64,000 nucleotides of DNA from a virus: the IMG/VR virus record IMGVR_UViG_3300035158_000293, positions 32,001 to 96,000 of that record, one strand, 5' to 3'. Every line of letters starts with the position of its first letter. The stretch's first letter is position 1. Below, in pieces: positions 55,300-64,000 of this stretch. Below the pieces are notes generated by a model that did not search any database, was not told the origin of the DNA, and was given only the letters and a program-made list of their open reading frames with translations. The position numbers and the translations under genes are program-made.

Positions 55300-55824
55300 C
55301 TAGCCCTCGCTCGCCGCAATGTCAACATCTGTTGGAGGATGTGCTTGTACTGGTGCGGTAATCGCTACGAAAGTCTTGTAAGGGTTCTTGAAGCCCAACC
55401 GCCGAAAAAGAAACGCCAACGGTGTTTTCCAAAACATGAAGGAAATAAAGCGCGTAAGCCAACCGAAGGTGTTTATCAGAAAATCGACATCCACCAACCG
55501 TTCCCCGGAAGGCACTTGTGCCTGTACTTGCGCATAGACACGAGTGAACACAAGCTCGGAAACTACGCGGTTTCTTACTGCTTTCAACCGATTCGTTGCA
55601 GAAGCGTCGCTGGACGCCGCGATTTTCTGTTCGAGAGCATCTCGCGCTTCAGCCAACGGGTAGTCTGCAAACTCTTGCGCTTCCTCGGGCAACCCTTCCA
55701 ATTCCCCCAAGGTTTCGTAAACTCTCACACGGCCTCCTAATCCCGGTCCTGACTCCACTTGCAAGCGGGGCACACTTTTCGATCTTCGTCGTCCAAATGC
55801 AACGGCGCACCACACGCAGGACAC
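55300..55824 (-). CDS. Hypothetical protein
   Basis: AGGAGG RBS before GTG (VRVYET); ORF-track start too far upstream. Confidence 0.5.
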   Translation of the reverse strand: MSCVWCAVAFGRRRSKSVPRLQVESGPGLGGRVRVYETLGELEGLPEEAQEFADYPLAEARDALEQKIAASSDASATNRLKAVRNRVVSELVFTRVYAQVQAQVPSGERLVDVDFLINTFGWLTRFISFMFWKTPLAFLFRRLGFKNPYKTFVAITAPVQAHPPTDVDIAASEG

Positions 55825-58013
55825 AAGCCGTGCTCTGCGTCGCGCAGTTTGAAGAGAATAGCGTGATTGTCTACCTTCGCCGCGTTGTCCTCAATGAACC
55901 GACGAAGTACATGCGCTATACCATCCACACACGAGCGCACCGGCCCAAATTCAGGGTCCATACCCATTTTAGGGCATTGAATGCCCTCAATCTGGTCTAG
56001 TACTTCCTCGGGGCGTACACCACACCGCAACGCGAGTGAGATCAAACGCCCGAACGCCTGATTTTGAGAAGCCAAACACCCACCAGCCTTACCTACGTTT
56101 GCGAATACCTCAAACGCAGCACCACCAATGTGATTGATGGTCACAAACATGCTCCCACAACCCGTCTTGATTTTCGTAGTCTCCCCCAAGACCTTGGCGG
56201 GTCGAGGCAAAGGCTCGGGACATTGAACCTCCTGATCATCGTCCTCTTTGTCCTTCAACGCCATAGGCTGATCAGGGTAACTACCATTGCGATAAACGGT
56301 AACGCCCTTGACGCCCAACTCAATCGCGAGCTTGAACACCTTAGCGATGTCTTCCTCTGACGCCACAAACGGGAAATTGACCGTTTTTGAAACCGCGTTG
56401 TCAACGTGATGTTGAAAAGCTGCTTGCATCCTGACGTGCCACTCGGGACTGACATCGTGAGCACAAACGAAAAGTGCCTTTATATCAGGGGGAACCTCTT
56501 CGATGTGCTGTAACGAACCTTCTTCGTAGATGCGCTCAAAAAGCTCCTCACTCGCAAAGCCGTGTTGCACCGCCACAGATTTGAAGAACGGGTGTACCTC
56601 CATGATTTGCTGGTCTTTTTCGAGGATGTTCCGTTTGAACACGAAACTGAATAGCGGCTCAATTCCCGATGAACAACCTGCGATGATAGAGATTGTGCCC
56701 GTCGGAGCTATGGTCGTAATCGTGGCGTTCCGCATCGTAGTCCCTTTGTAAATGGACTTGTCAATGTTGGGAAACGGCCCTTTCTCCTTGCCTAACGCCT
56801 TCGACACCTCGTGGCCCCGCGTATTGATAAACTCCATAACCTCCTCGGCCAGCTTCGTAGCGGCACGCGAGTTATAGGGCAACTTCAAATAAAACAGAAG
56901 GTCAGCCCAACCCATGACGCCGAGCCCGATTTTACGGTTGCCGCGCACCATTTCCTGTATCTCAGGAAGCGGGAATTTCCCCATCGTCACCACGTTGTCG
57001 AGGAAGCGCACCGCAGTTTCCACGGCTATGTCCAAACTATCCCAGTCTATGCCGTCTGTTTCGGGATCGTAGAACTTGCTCAGGTTTATCGATCCCAAAT
57101 TGCACGCCTCGTAAGGCAGGAGAGGTTGCTCCCCACATGGGTTGGTGGCACAAATCTTTCCCACCTTGGGGGTTGGATTATCCTTATTGATCCTATCAAT
57201 AAAGATGACCCCCGGCTCACCTCGATTCCATGCACAAGCCACAATCAGGTCAAACACCGCCTGCGCAGATAACTTCCCTTCTGCTTTTTTCGTTCGCGGG
57301 TTGATCAAATCGTAGTCCTGCCCCTTTTCCAATGCCTCGAGAAACTTGTCGGTTACGGCAACCGACAAGTTGAAGTTGTTCATCTTGGTCAAGTCCTGCT
57401 TGATCCCTATGAACTCAATTATGTCGGGGTGGTCTACTCGCATGACGCCCATATTGGCACCGCGGCGAAACCCTCCCTGATTGATGCTATCGGTAGCTTG
57501 GTTGAATACTGCCATGAAAGGAAGCGGCCCTGAAGAGGTACCGTGCGACGTTGAAACTGTGTCACCTTTAGGACGTAGGCATGAAAAATCAAAACCCGTA
57601 CCCCCACCGGACTTATGGACCTTGGCACCGTTCGTAACCCCGAGGAAAATGTCGTCCACCGAGTCACCTAACGGGAGCACAAAACACCCCGCGAGTTGCT
57701 GAAGCGTCCGTCCCGCGTTCATGAGCGTGGGCGAATTGGGCATAAACTCACATCGCGCCATAGCATTGTAAAACCGCACCGCCCACTCCAACACTACCTC
57801 GTTGGCCTTCTCACTCTTGCGATCCTTTTCAGGAACCTCCGCAGACGCAATGTTGTAAGCGACCCGCCAAAACATATCTTCTGGCGTCTCATTCGCTTTT
57901 TTGTACTGGTCCTTCTTCAGGTAACGCTCCCGAAGGACGCTCACAGCGTTCTCTGTCAGGTTGACTTTCGCTAAACGCTTTTTGTACTTCTCCGGCAAAT
58001 CTTCGCGCAACAT
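55737..58013 (-). CDS. nrdJ: Class II (B12-dependent) ribonucleotide reductase with TSCPD domain
   Basis: MPNSPTLMNAG; QLAGCFV; RRGANM; TNPCGEQPL; ACNLGS; TIAPTGTISI; TGCGSMFVTIN. Confidence 0.95.
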   Translation of the reverse strand: MLREDLPEKYKKRLAKVNLTENAVSVLRERYLKKDQYKKANETPEDMFWRVAYNIASAEVPEKDRKSEKANEVVLEWAVRFYNAMARCEFMPNSPTLMNAGRTLQQLAGCFVLPLGDSVDDIFLGVTNGAKVHKSGGGTGFDFSCLRPKGDTVSTSHGTSSGPLPFMAVFNQATDSINQGGFRRGANMGVMRVDHPDIIEFIGIKQDLTKMNNFNLSVAVTDKFLEALEKGQDYDLINPRTKKAEGKLSAQAVFDLIVACAWNRGEPGVIFIDRINKDNPTPKVGKICATNPCGEQPLLPYEACNLGSINLSKFYDPETDGIDWDSLDIAVETAVRFLDNVVTMGKFPLPEIQEMVRGNRKIGLGVMGWADLLFYLKLPYNSRAATKLAEEVMEFINTRGHEVSKALGKEKGPFPNIDKSIYKGTTMRNATITTIAPTGTISIIAGCSSGIEPLFSFVFKRNILEKDQQIMEVHPFFKSVAVQHGFASEELFERIYEEGSLQHIEEVPPDIKALFVCAHDVSPEWHVRMQAAFQHHVDNAVSKTVNFPFVASEEDIAKVFKLAIELGVKGVTVYRNGSYPDQPMALKDKEDDDQEVQCPEPLPRPAKVLGETTKIKTGCGSMFVTINHIGGAAFEVFANVGKAGGCLASQNQAFGRLISLALRCGVRPEEVLDQIEGIQCPKMGMDPEFGPVRSCVDGIAHVLRRFIEDNAAKVDNHAILFKLRDAEHGLCPACGAPLHLDDEDRKVCPACKWSQDRD

Positions 58014-58054
58014 GACAACCCCCTAATCGACTCGATTGGTGTAGTTATTATGGT

Positions 58055-58315
58055 TTACAGCGGGCAGTTTCCATTCGGGCACTCTGGTCCGCTGAAACTG
58101 TCTGCCCCTGCGTTGAAAGGTTTGTGCTTACCGTTTTTACCGTTGGTTCCGTTGGTTCTGTACACGCCGTTGGTGCCGCCTATACGGGCCAAACGGTTCT
58201 CAGGCAAACGAAGTGCTCCAAACGCCTCCAACCATTGATACAATGCGGACAACTCCTCGTCCGCTACGTCGTAAGTGTAAGTGCCACCGTCACTTTTGAT
58301 TGTAACCTCTGCCAT
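58055..58315 (-). CDS. Hypothetical protein
   Basis: AGGAG RBS; ends CPNGNCPL. Confidence 0.5.
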   Translation of the reverse strand: MAEVTIKSDGGTYTYDVADEELSALYQWLEAFGALRLPENRLARIGGTNGVYRTNGTNGKNGKHKPFNAGADSFSGPECPNGNCPL

Positions 58316-58318
58316 CTG

Positions 58319-58600
58319 TTACTCCTGTTCTTTTTTAGGTAGTCGTATTTCACCTTGTCCTGTTTGCAAGTATTGCTTGGCCCGTTCGTTTTCCAAACGT
58401 CGACGCTCTAACCACACCAAACCGCAGTCGACACAGTAAACGTACTGCTTGGAGGATCGACCTGTACCCTCCCGCACTTCGAGGCGGCGCACGCTAATCT
58501 CGGCACCGCACTCGTCGCAAGCTTTACGCATTCTTGAATTGACGGCTCTCACCTCTACACGTCGAGGTCCATGCCATAATCCGGGCTTGCGTCGACCCAT
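58319..58600 (-). CDS. Zn-ribbon hypothetical protein
   Basis: CDEC...YCVDC. Confidence 0.55.
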   Translation of the reverse strand: MGRRKPGLWHGPRRVEVRAVNSRMRKACDECGAEISVRRLEVREGTGRSSKQYVYCVDCGLVWLERRRLENERAKQYLQTGQGEIRLPKKEQE

Positions 58601-58642
58601 ACTATCACCGTCCTCATATTGCTGAAAAAGTGAAATGCCGCG

Positions 58643-58996
58643 TTACGAGGTTTCTTCGTTGTGTTCACGGATTTCATCGTAGGTCGCCGGTGTTGGAGGG
58701 GTAACTGTCCCCGCCTCCAAACCCTGATAGGTTGTGACCACCGTATGAGTAGCGTAACCCCAATCTTGGATTAACTCCCACACGGTTTTTCCAACCCAAT
58801 CGCCGGGAACCCAAGTGTTGCCGGATTCGTCGGCCAACTTCTCCACCGCAGTAGTCATATCTGTTGAAGTGGGAATGCACACCCCAGCATCTTGCCTGCG
58901 CATAGGGTACAATTTCAACAATGCCCGTGTTACGGTATCGTTCGGCCCTGCAAAGCCCGGATCACGAAATATGTTTGTTGCCACCGTTACCCTCAC
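58643..58996 (-). CDS. Hypothetical protein
   Basis: ORF in operon. Confidence 0.5.
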   Translation of the reverse strand: MRVTVATNIFRDPGFAGPNDTVTRALLKLYPMRRQDAGVCIPTSTDMTTAVEKLADESGNTWVPGDWVGKTVWELIQDWGYATHTVVTTYQGLEAGTVTPPTPATYDEIREHNEETS

Positions 58997-59555
58997 GTTC
59001 GCGTTCGTGTTGCTTGGCCCTCAAAATCCACAATGCTCGGTCCACCGCGTCCGCCGCTCTCTTCTTACCACTTTTCAACCCGTTACTACACAGGACGTCG
59101 TCGGCCTGCTCCAAAAACTGTTCCACGATAAAAAGCGACTGTGTTACCACGTCCACTACCTCGCGGGGTGATACACACGGCTCTTCATCGCCACGACTTT
59201 CCACCAACGCCTTGAACAACAGATGGTCGTCCTGCGCTCCTGCGCTTTTGTTGGGTTTGTGGACTCTCTGATAGTACGCCACAGCGTCCATAATCCCCTC
59301 AACAACCTCTCTGCGTTCAAACGCGCACCGACCAGCATAATACCGGAGGGTCGGTAGTGCAAGAGGATCATCCCCGCAGAGGATAAAATAAGGCCATTCC
59401 GGGGGGTGCCCATCACGCCCAAATACTGCGTGATCAAACACCTGCGTCACTCTCTGGTTCATCGACATCTTTCTCATCCAAAGGTAGTTCTTCCTTTTTC
59501 GTCTCCGCACCTTCTTCATGCGCGGCCCCCGCCAACGTAGGCAGGGTCTTCCCAA
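58962..59555 (-). CDS. Hypothetical protein
   Basis: PYFILCGDDPLALPTLRYYA phage-like motif; start uncertain. Confidence 0.5.
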   Translation of the reverse strand: MGRPCLRWRGPRMKKVRRRKRKNYLWMRKMSMNQRVTQVFDHAVFGRDGHPPEWPYFILCGDDPLALPTLRYYAGRCAFERREVVEGIMDAVAYYQRVHKPNKSAGAQDDHLLFKALVESRGDEEPCVSPREVVDVVTQSLFIVEQFLEQADDVLCSNGLKSGKKRAADAVDRALWILRAKQHEREREGNGGNKHIS

Positions 59556-60072
59556 ACATTTCCTGCAAAGTCTCGGGCGTCAAGGACATAAACTCACCAC
59601 CCAATGATTCCCCGGTGTAGCCCGCGGCCTCCTTCATACGGCCTATTGCCTTTTCAATCGCCGCCTCGATAACCTCGGGGCTGAAGTGGTCGGCAACGTC
59701 GACGCCCTCTGTACGATCCGCAATACGCTTAACAAGCTCCGTAGCGGACTGCAAAGCTGTGCGTTTAGCCACGAAGTAATGCCCGAAGTCTTCCGGCTCC
59801 AATTTACCCTGCGCCTCCAATGCCTTGTGTGCTTTCTTCTGTGCCTTGAAGTAGTTGTGGTAAACATTCGTGACTGCACCCTCGGCCCACTCTTCCAACC
59901 TGTCGCGCAGATACAGGTAAAACCGCTCTTTCCGGTCTTGTGTGGAATCCAACTGTTCACGGGTGTCTTTTCGCCACCGTGCCCACCAACGACTCCCACC
60001 CAACACAACCCATAAAAAGACTACGACGTAAGCCAGAATTTGTACCCACGCGCTATTCAAAAACTCTTCCAT
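59434..60072 (-). CDS. Single-TM membrane protein, holin (LL-H-like) candidate
   Basis: N-terminal TM then basic patch; AEGAV; IEAAIEKAIGRMK. Confidence 0.45.
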   Translation of the reverse strand: MEEFLNSAWVQILAYVVVFLWVVLGGSRWWARWRKDTREQLDSTQDRKERFYLYLRDRLEEWAEGAVTNVYHNYFKAQKKAHKALEAQGKLEPEDFGHYFVAKRTALQSATELVKRIADRTEGVDVADHFSPEVIEAAIEKAIGRMKEAAGYTGESLGGEFMSLTPETLQEMFGKTLPTLAGAAHEEGAETKKEELPLDEKDVDEPESDAGV

Positions 60073-60410
60073 CACCCGCTCCTTTGTTTCTTGTCCGGCA
60101 CGATACCACACCGGCCTGAAATTTTGGTCGTGTACTCTTTACACCGGTTATACACGTCTGACAACATTGACGTTGTGTCAAAAAACTCTGGTGGCACCGG
60201 ATAACCCTCTGTCAAATCTCGAAACATCGTCACCGTGATCTTCGTCCAATGTTTGAAGTTCGCGGTAGTGAAGAAACATAAACCTTCTGTTGGGCTGAAC
60301 GCCAAGTGGCACGCCCCATTACCATCCAAAACGTCGAATACGATGATCACATGGTCGGCCATCGCTGGACAGTAAGGAGCCAAGAAGTAACCTATGATGC
60401 GAGCATTCAT
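60072..60410 (-). CDS. Hypothetical protein
   Basis: Overlap packing. Confidence 0.5.
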   Translation of the reverse strand: MNARIIGYFLAPYCPAMADHVIIVFDVLDGNGACHLAFSPTEGLCFFTTANFKHWTKITVTMFRDLTEGYPVPPEFFDTTSMLSDVYNRCKEYTTKISGRCGIVPDKKQRSG

Positions 60411-60778
60411 TCTTCATCGTTTGGTTTTGTGGTGTTTGTAGGGTTGTCAACCTCGCGCAGAGTGCAACCAAGTTCATTGGCCATGTGTTCCAGATTGGTA
60501 AGCAACCCGGTGTGTACTGTGTTAAGCACCTGAACAGCTACCGCGATTGCGCCTGCAAGGGTTTTTCGATACCCTTTCTTCTCCGCCTCTTCAACATACT
60601 CTGGTAAGGTTTCCCTCACCATGACTTCAAAAGCCACGCGCCCGTAGTCAGGCGACAGCCGAAAGAGTTTTATGCGTTGACTCTCTGCACTCTTTCTAGC
60701 GTGCTGGTCCCTGCGGACCTTTAGGTTTGGGACGTCGATTGGGGTCAGGTCTTGCTTCGGGCGTTGCTCTTCCATCAC
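60407..60778 (-). CDS. Hypothetical protein
   Basis: AAAGGTG RBS. Confidence 0.55.
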   Translation of the reverse strand: MMEEQRPKQDLTPIDVPNLKVRRDQHARKSAESQRIKLFRLSPDYGRVAFEVMVRETLPEYVEEAEKKGYRKTLAGAIAVAVQVLNTVHTGLLTNLEHMANELGCTLREVDNPTNTTKPNDEE

Positions 60779-61358
60779 CTTTCCTTTTCTTCACTTCCTC
60801 AAGTTTACGCAAAAGCTCTAACCGCTTACCTTGCAGTTCATCGTGCGTAGAAGCTTCCGGCATAGAAGGTGCAGACGCGGCTTCACTCTGTTCTGGTTCT
60901 GGTCGGTTTGCGTCTTGGCGGGCGTCGAATGCTCCTATGTACTTTTTGTGCTTTTCCTTGTAGTCTCTAACCGCGCCTTTTATGGCATTCGCCGTGTCCT
61001 GCACGCCTTGTTTAACATTTGCAAACGTCAAGTCCACAAAACGATGCAACGCGCCTGTACGACAAGGTACATGGAAACCCTTTTGTTCAAGCTTACGCCC
61101 AACTACATTGACGCTTGAATCGTCTTCGGACAGCCTTGGCTTTGGTCCAGACTGCACTTGTTGTGGATCGTATTTCGGCGCTTCCTTTTCCGGCACGACG
61201 TACACGCTTCTAGGGAATACCCTGCGGACACGATAGACTGCATCCACTACCAAAGAATCGGGGTCATCCAACTTCGTTGGCCCAACGAAACGCAACCGGA
61301 GTCCGGGATACAACTGATCAAGCGCCAGCGCCATCAACGTCCTCCAAACCGGGAACAC
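60696..61358 (-). CDS. Hypothetical protein
   Basis: True start probably MALALDQ after GGAGG. Confidence 0.5.
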   Translation of the reverse strand: MFPVWRTLMALALDQLYPGLRLRFVGPTKLDDPDSLVVDAVYRVRRVFPRSVYVVPEKEAPKYDPQQVQSGPKPRLSEDDSSVNVVGRKLEQKGFHVPCRTGALHRFVDLTFANVKQGVQDTANAIKGAVRDYKEKHKKYIGAFDARQDANRPEPEQSEAASAPSMPEASTHDELQGKRLELLRKLEEVKKRKGDGRATPEARPDPNRRPKPKGPQGPAR

Positions 61359-61701
61359 TCTGGTCGTCGAGGGTGTCCAAAGCCTGCTCTGCTTGCTTCA
61401 AGGCGTCCTCGTCGATTTCTGAAAACTCTGCGTACATTCCGGGGGCCGCACAAGGGATTTGACGGTCGTCATCAATATACGCCACAAGGTCTACAACCTC
61501 CTCGATAGGATAGTAACGAAGACCCAAACGATCTCCCCCCTCGGAATCCTTAACCACAGTTATCAGAGGCAAATTAGCCAAGTTACCTTCGGCGTGTAAA
61601 GGCAGAGCCGTAGTGTGTACACGCCCATAAACTGTTTCTTGACTTGGCCCGTGCGTGAAACACACCTCGACATAAAGCAAATCGTCCACTACATCCCCCA
61701 A
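61318..61701 (-). CDS. Hypothetical acidic protein
   Basis: ORF in operon. Confidence 0.45.
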   Translation of the reverse strand: MGDVVDDLLYVEVCFTHGPSQETVYGRVHTTALPLHAEGNLANLPLITVVKDSEGGDRLGLRYYPIEEVVDLVAYIDDDRQIPCAAPGMYAEFSEIDEDALKQAEQALDTLDDQSVPGLEDVDGAGA

Positions 61702-61868
61702 TCTGCACAGAGACTTGTGGCGTCCCGATACATATTTGGTTTTGTTGGGAGTTAGCCCGTTGACATGTTTTTTCAGCGTTGCATGTCGCGTAGCCCGGAA
61801 ACGTGCTCGTTACTCCCGCGGTCCATTTAATAGTATAGCACGGATTTCGACGAGTGCAAGTTGAACCC

Positions 61869-62255
61869 CTATTTTTTATGCCTATCTTCACACTCCCACC
61901 CGTCCAAAGTACACCTCAAAACCTTGCCACACCAACAGTTACCGCGTACCGGCAAACGATAAAACGACGTTTCGCGATAACCCTCCTCACCTGACGCAAT
62001 AGACGGCTCTGGAAGGCGTTCTTTTAGGTTTTCGATAACGGACACCACATCAGGCATCAAAATCGCTTCTGCGGGCGCTGGTGGGCTTTCTTCGGGCGTT
62101 GTGACGAAGGCTTCCGGTTCCCATGTCACACCCGGCATCTCACGTAGTCGAATACCGCCGGTGTGTTTCTCCACTTCCGAAATGACAAAAGCCCCGGCAC
62201 CGTAACGCTCACGGTCGCTGGGGCTTTGGAAAAACACTCGGTCTCCGGGCCTCAT
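61869..62255 (-). CDS. Hypothetical protein
   Basis: ATGA overlap with upstream gene. Confidence 0.55.
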   Translation of the reverse strand: MRPGDRVFFQSPSDRERYGAGAFVISEVEKHTGGIRLREMPGVTWEPEAFVTTPEESPPAPAEAILMPDVVSVIENLKERLPEPSIASGEEGYRETSFYRLPVRGNCWCGKVLRCTLDGWECEDRHKK

Positions 62256-62749
62256 TCCTTCGCCTCGAATTTGACCCGAACACTCTTCGTCGGCTTGGTG
62301 CTCGCTTTCACGTTGGCCGCGAAAACCTCGGCGTCGAACACTTCACCCCGCAAGGTAGCGAGAGCCTCTGCGAGGTCCATAGCCTCACCCTTCCACGAGG
62401 GGCGACGCTGTTCCGTTTCCAGCACCTTGACGGCAAAATTGCCGTCCTCGAAGTCCCCGCCTGCCGCATGGACAGCTTTGGCGTGCGCCTCCAGACGCTT
62501 GAGGGCGGTCTTGGCCTCCGACAAGAGCCTCACAAGGTCCAGCCCGAAACGCGCCTGATCCTGCGTCACGCGCGTTTCTGACTCGTCGAGCGAGGCAGTA
62601 AGTTGCTGTGCCCGTTCTTGCAGAAGGTCGGTTAGTCCCGCGAGGGAAGGTAGAGCTTCGTTAGCGACAGGAGGTGTAAAAAGGCTCGGGCTCGACGTCG
62701 CCGGTTTTTTGGCCTTCTTGGGCCTTGGCTTCCTCTTTTTCTTCGCCAT
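62252..62749 (-). CDS. Hypothetical protein with basic N-terminus
   Basis: GGGAAG RBS; RRPSWK motif. Confidence 0.6.
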   Translation of the reverse strand: MAKKKRKPRPKKAKKPATSSPSLFTPPVANEALPSLAGLTDLLQERAQQLTASLDESETRVTQDQARFGLDLVRLLSEAKTALKRLEAHAKAVHAAGGDFEDGNFAVKVLETEQRRPSWKGEAMDLAEALATLRGEVFDAEVFAANVKASTKPTKSVRVKFEAKE

Positions 62750-62774
62750 TCTCTTCCCTTTCGTTGTCGTTCAG

Positions 62775-62806
62775 AAAAAAGGCCCGGTCGGTGGGGAACC
62801 GGGCCT
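62775..62806 (-). terminator. Intrinsic terminator
   Basis: GGCCCGGT/ACCGGGCC stem plus T6. Confidence 0.8.
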
Positions 62807-62828
62807 CGAACATGCCGGGGGGTCGAGA

Positions 62829-63239
62829 TCAGAAACCCGGCACGGTGTAGAGCCTGTTGATGCACTCCGCGAGGGCGTCTGCGTCGTTCTCGGGAACGGC
62901 CTCGGGGCTGAGGGCGGCGAGCAGGCCGCGTGCCTTGACGACCAACTGCCACGTAAGCACGACAACGGGGGTGTCCTCGGAGGAGGCGGCGAACTCGACG
63001 AGCCTCTTAGCGGCGAAGATGTATGCCGCTTTCCTCATTTGGAGCGTGGGGGCGTCACCGGCGGCGTACTTGATCTGCCGGTACTCGTCGTAGCTGGCGG
63101 GGTCTCTTGTCTGAAGCACCTCGACCGGGGTACGCCGGATTTCGCGCACCATTGCCTCGGCCACGGTCACGACATGATACTCGCCATCGACCTCGTGAAA
63201 CGGATTGACAGCTTCGTTCAGCGCAGTCTTGTAATCCAT
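62829..63239 (-). CDS. Hypothetical early protein (136 aa)
   Basis: AAGGGA RBS before MDYKTAL; between perfect promoter and terminator. Confidence 0.7.
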   Translation of the reverse strand: MDYKTALNEAVNPFHEVDGEYHVVTVAEAMVREIRRTPVEVLQTRDPASYDEYRQIKYAAGDAPTLQMRKAAYIFAAKRLVEFAASSEDTPVVVLTWQLVVKARGLLAALSPEAVPENDADALAECINRLYTVPGF

Positions 63240-63326
63240 GTCTTGTCCCTTCTCCGAGCGACGATTCAAAAAAGGCGGAGCCGGTCGTCGTCGCCCAACC
63301 AGCCCGTTTTTCAAGTCTTCACCCAT

Positions 63327-63355
63327 ATTATACCCGATGGATCGCGGGGTGTCAA
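63327..63355 (-). promoter_or_regulatory. Perfect consensus sigma70 promoter
   Basis: TTGACA-N17-TATAAT with AT-rich UP element at ~63359-63375. Confidence 0.92.
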
Positions 63356-63411
63356 GCGAATTTCAAAAAAAATTTCCGGGACCGGCGGGAATTACACGGT
63401 AAAATCTGGCC

Positions 63412-63627
63412 TCACCTGTATTTATCGCGACCTGTGCGTCGGACAATTTTCAGATTCCCCGCCTCGATCCACTTCACGAACCGGTACGCCTCACACCGCT
63501 CCGCGCAGTATTTGCGCAGGATGTTCCGCTCCCCGCCTGCCTCCAAATCCTGTATCGCCTGCCACACACGACAGCCGGAGAGACTACAGTACTCCCGTAA
63601 GAATTTATGCGATTGGGCGTCGCTCAC
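63412..63627 (-). CDS. Small hypothetical protein
   Basis: GTGA overlap with upstream gene. Confidence 0.45.
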   Translation of the reverse strand: MSDAQSHKFLREYCSLSGCRVWQAIQDLEAGGERNILRKYCAERCEAYRFVKWIEAGNLKIVRRTGRDKYR

Positions 63628-63893
63628 TTTTCGTTCTCGCGCTTATCCGTGGCCTCCGTGGACTCGTCGGCTTTCCCGTCCGGGGTTTTCGGTCGGATCA
63701 CCGGCGCACCGGTTTTCTTGTCCACACCGCCTATCACGGTGGCGTCCTCTACAAGTGGACCGGCCAATTTGCCTTTCCCTTTGCATTTGGGGCAAGGGAT
63801 GCACTCACCATCCGATAACCTGATGACTTTTTCGCCTTTGCATTTGTCACACAGCATACTACCGCCGTCCTTTCCTCGTTGACATTGTGTCAA
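63624..63893 (-). CDS. Small DnaJ-type Zn-finger protein
   Basis: CDKCKGEK...CPKCKGKG; true start probably MLCDK. Confidence 0.55.
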   Translation of the reverse strand: MTQCQRGKDGGSMLCDKCKGEKVIRLSDGECIPCPKCKGKGKLAGPLVEDATVIGGVDKKTGAPVIRPKTPDGKADESTEATDKRENEK

Positions 63894-63907
63894 ACGTCAA
63901 ACCTAGA

Positions 63908-63943
63908 AGAAAAACCGGGGGGCGACATACAGCCGTCCCCCGG
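63908..63943 (-). terminator. Probable intrinsic terminator
   Basis: CCGGGGG/CCCCCGG stem followed by T tract on minus. Confidence 0.6.
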
Positions 63944-64000
63944 CCACGGAAAAGGGTTATCCTTCTTTCCAAATTTTCGTTGTTTCCTCGCTGAACCGCT

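Larger units (their letters stand above)
3327..63893. repeat. Dispersed 15-bp quasi-palindrome TTGAC-RTTGT-GTCAM, at least 17 copies
   Basis: Starts: 3327, 4875, 6542, 13457(rev), 21896, 22367, 24503, 25967, 27128, 32165(rev), 34946, 38276(rev), 41393, 47779(rev), 52492, 60167, 63879. Confidence 0.92.

Noticed and set aside
49701-58013. Inteins or introns in thyX and nrdJ
   Set aside because: No C1...HN-C/S/T junctions or LAGLIDADG motifs; nrdJ is continuous and of ordinary length
62709-63818. 369-aa plus-strand ORF
   Set aside because: Antisense to genes with clear promoter, RBS and terminator; runs through intergenic signals; no recognisable motifs
3327-63893. Dispersed palindrome as plain -35 boxes, FNR sites or matS
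   Set aside because: Most copies are intragenic and I saw no consistent -10 partner; spacing is N5, unlike FNR (TTGAT-N4-ATCAA) or matS (GTGAC-N3-GTCAC)

Overview
Fragment of a large tailed-phage (jumbo/huge-phage-like) genome. Nearly all real genes are on the minus strand; most plus-strand ORFs in the track are antisense shadows. Left to right: (i) a >1,066-aa ORF running off the left edge (absent from the track) with an HExxH metallopeptidase-like motif, preceded by 4x22-bp iteron-like repeats; (ii) ~16 kb of small accessory genes built from several expanded paralog families, plus DUF5131, HNH and a DenV-like glycosylase fusion; (iii) two giant proteins of 3,604 and 1,609 aa, the larger carrying up to four ADP-ribosyltransferase-like domains separated by prohead-protease-like (L/I/V)xE motifs; (iv) a stand-alone type I-C Cascade operon (promoter-cas5-cas8c/cas11c-array-cas7) with no cas3/1/2/4 in the window and a leaderless 9-repeat array of irregular, mostly short spacers between cas8c and cas7; (v) three DNA methyltransferases (one frameshifted), tRNA-Thr, a capsid-protein-like paralog, Nudix, ThyX, HU, HAD nucleotidase, a tail fibre with S74 chaperone and class II RNR. 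A 15-bp quasi-palindrome, TTGACRTTGTGTCAM, occurs at least 17 times, mostly inside coding sequence. All family calls are by eye from motifs; no database searches were run.
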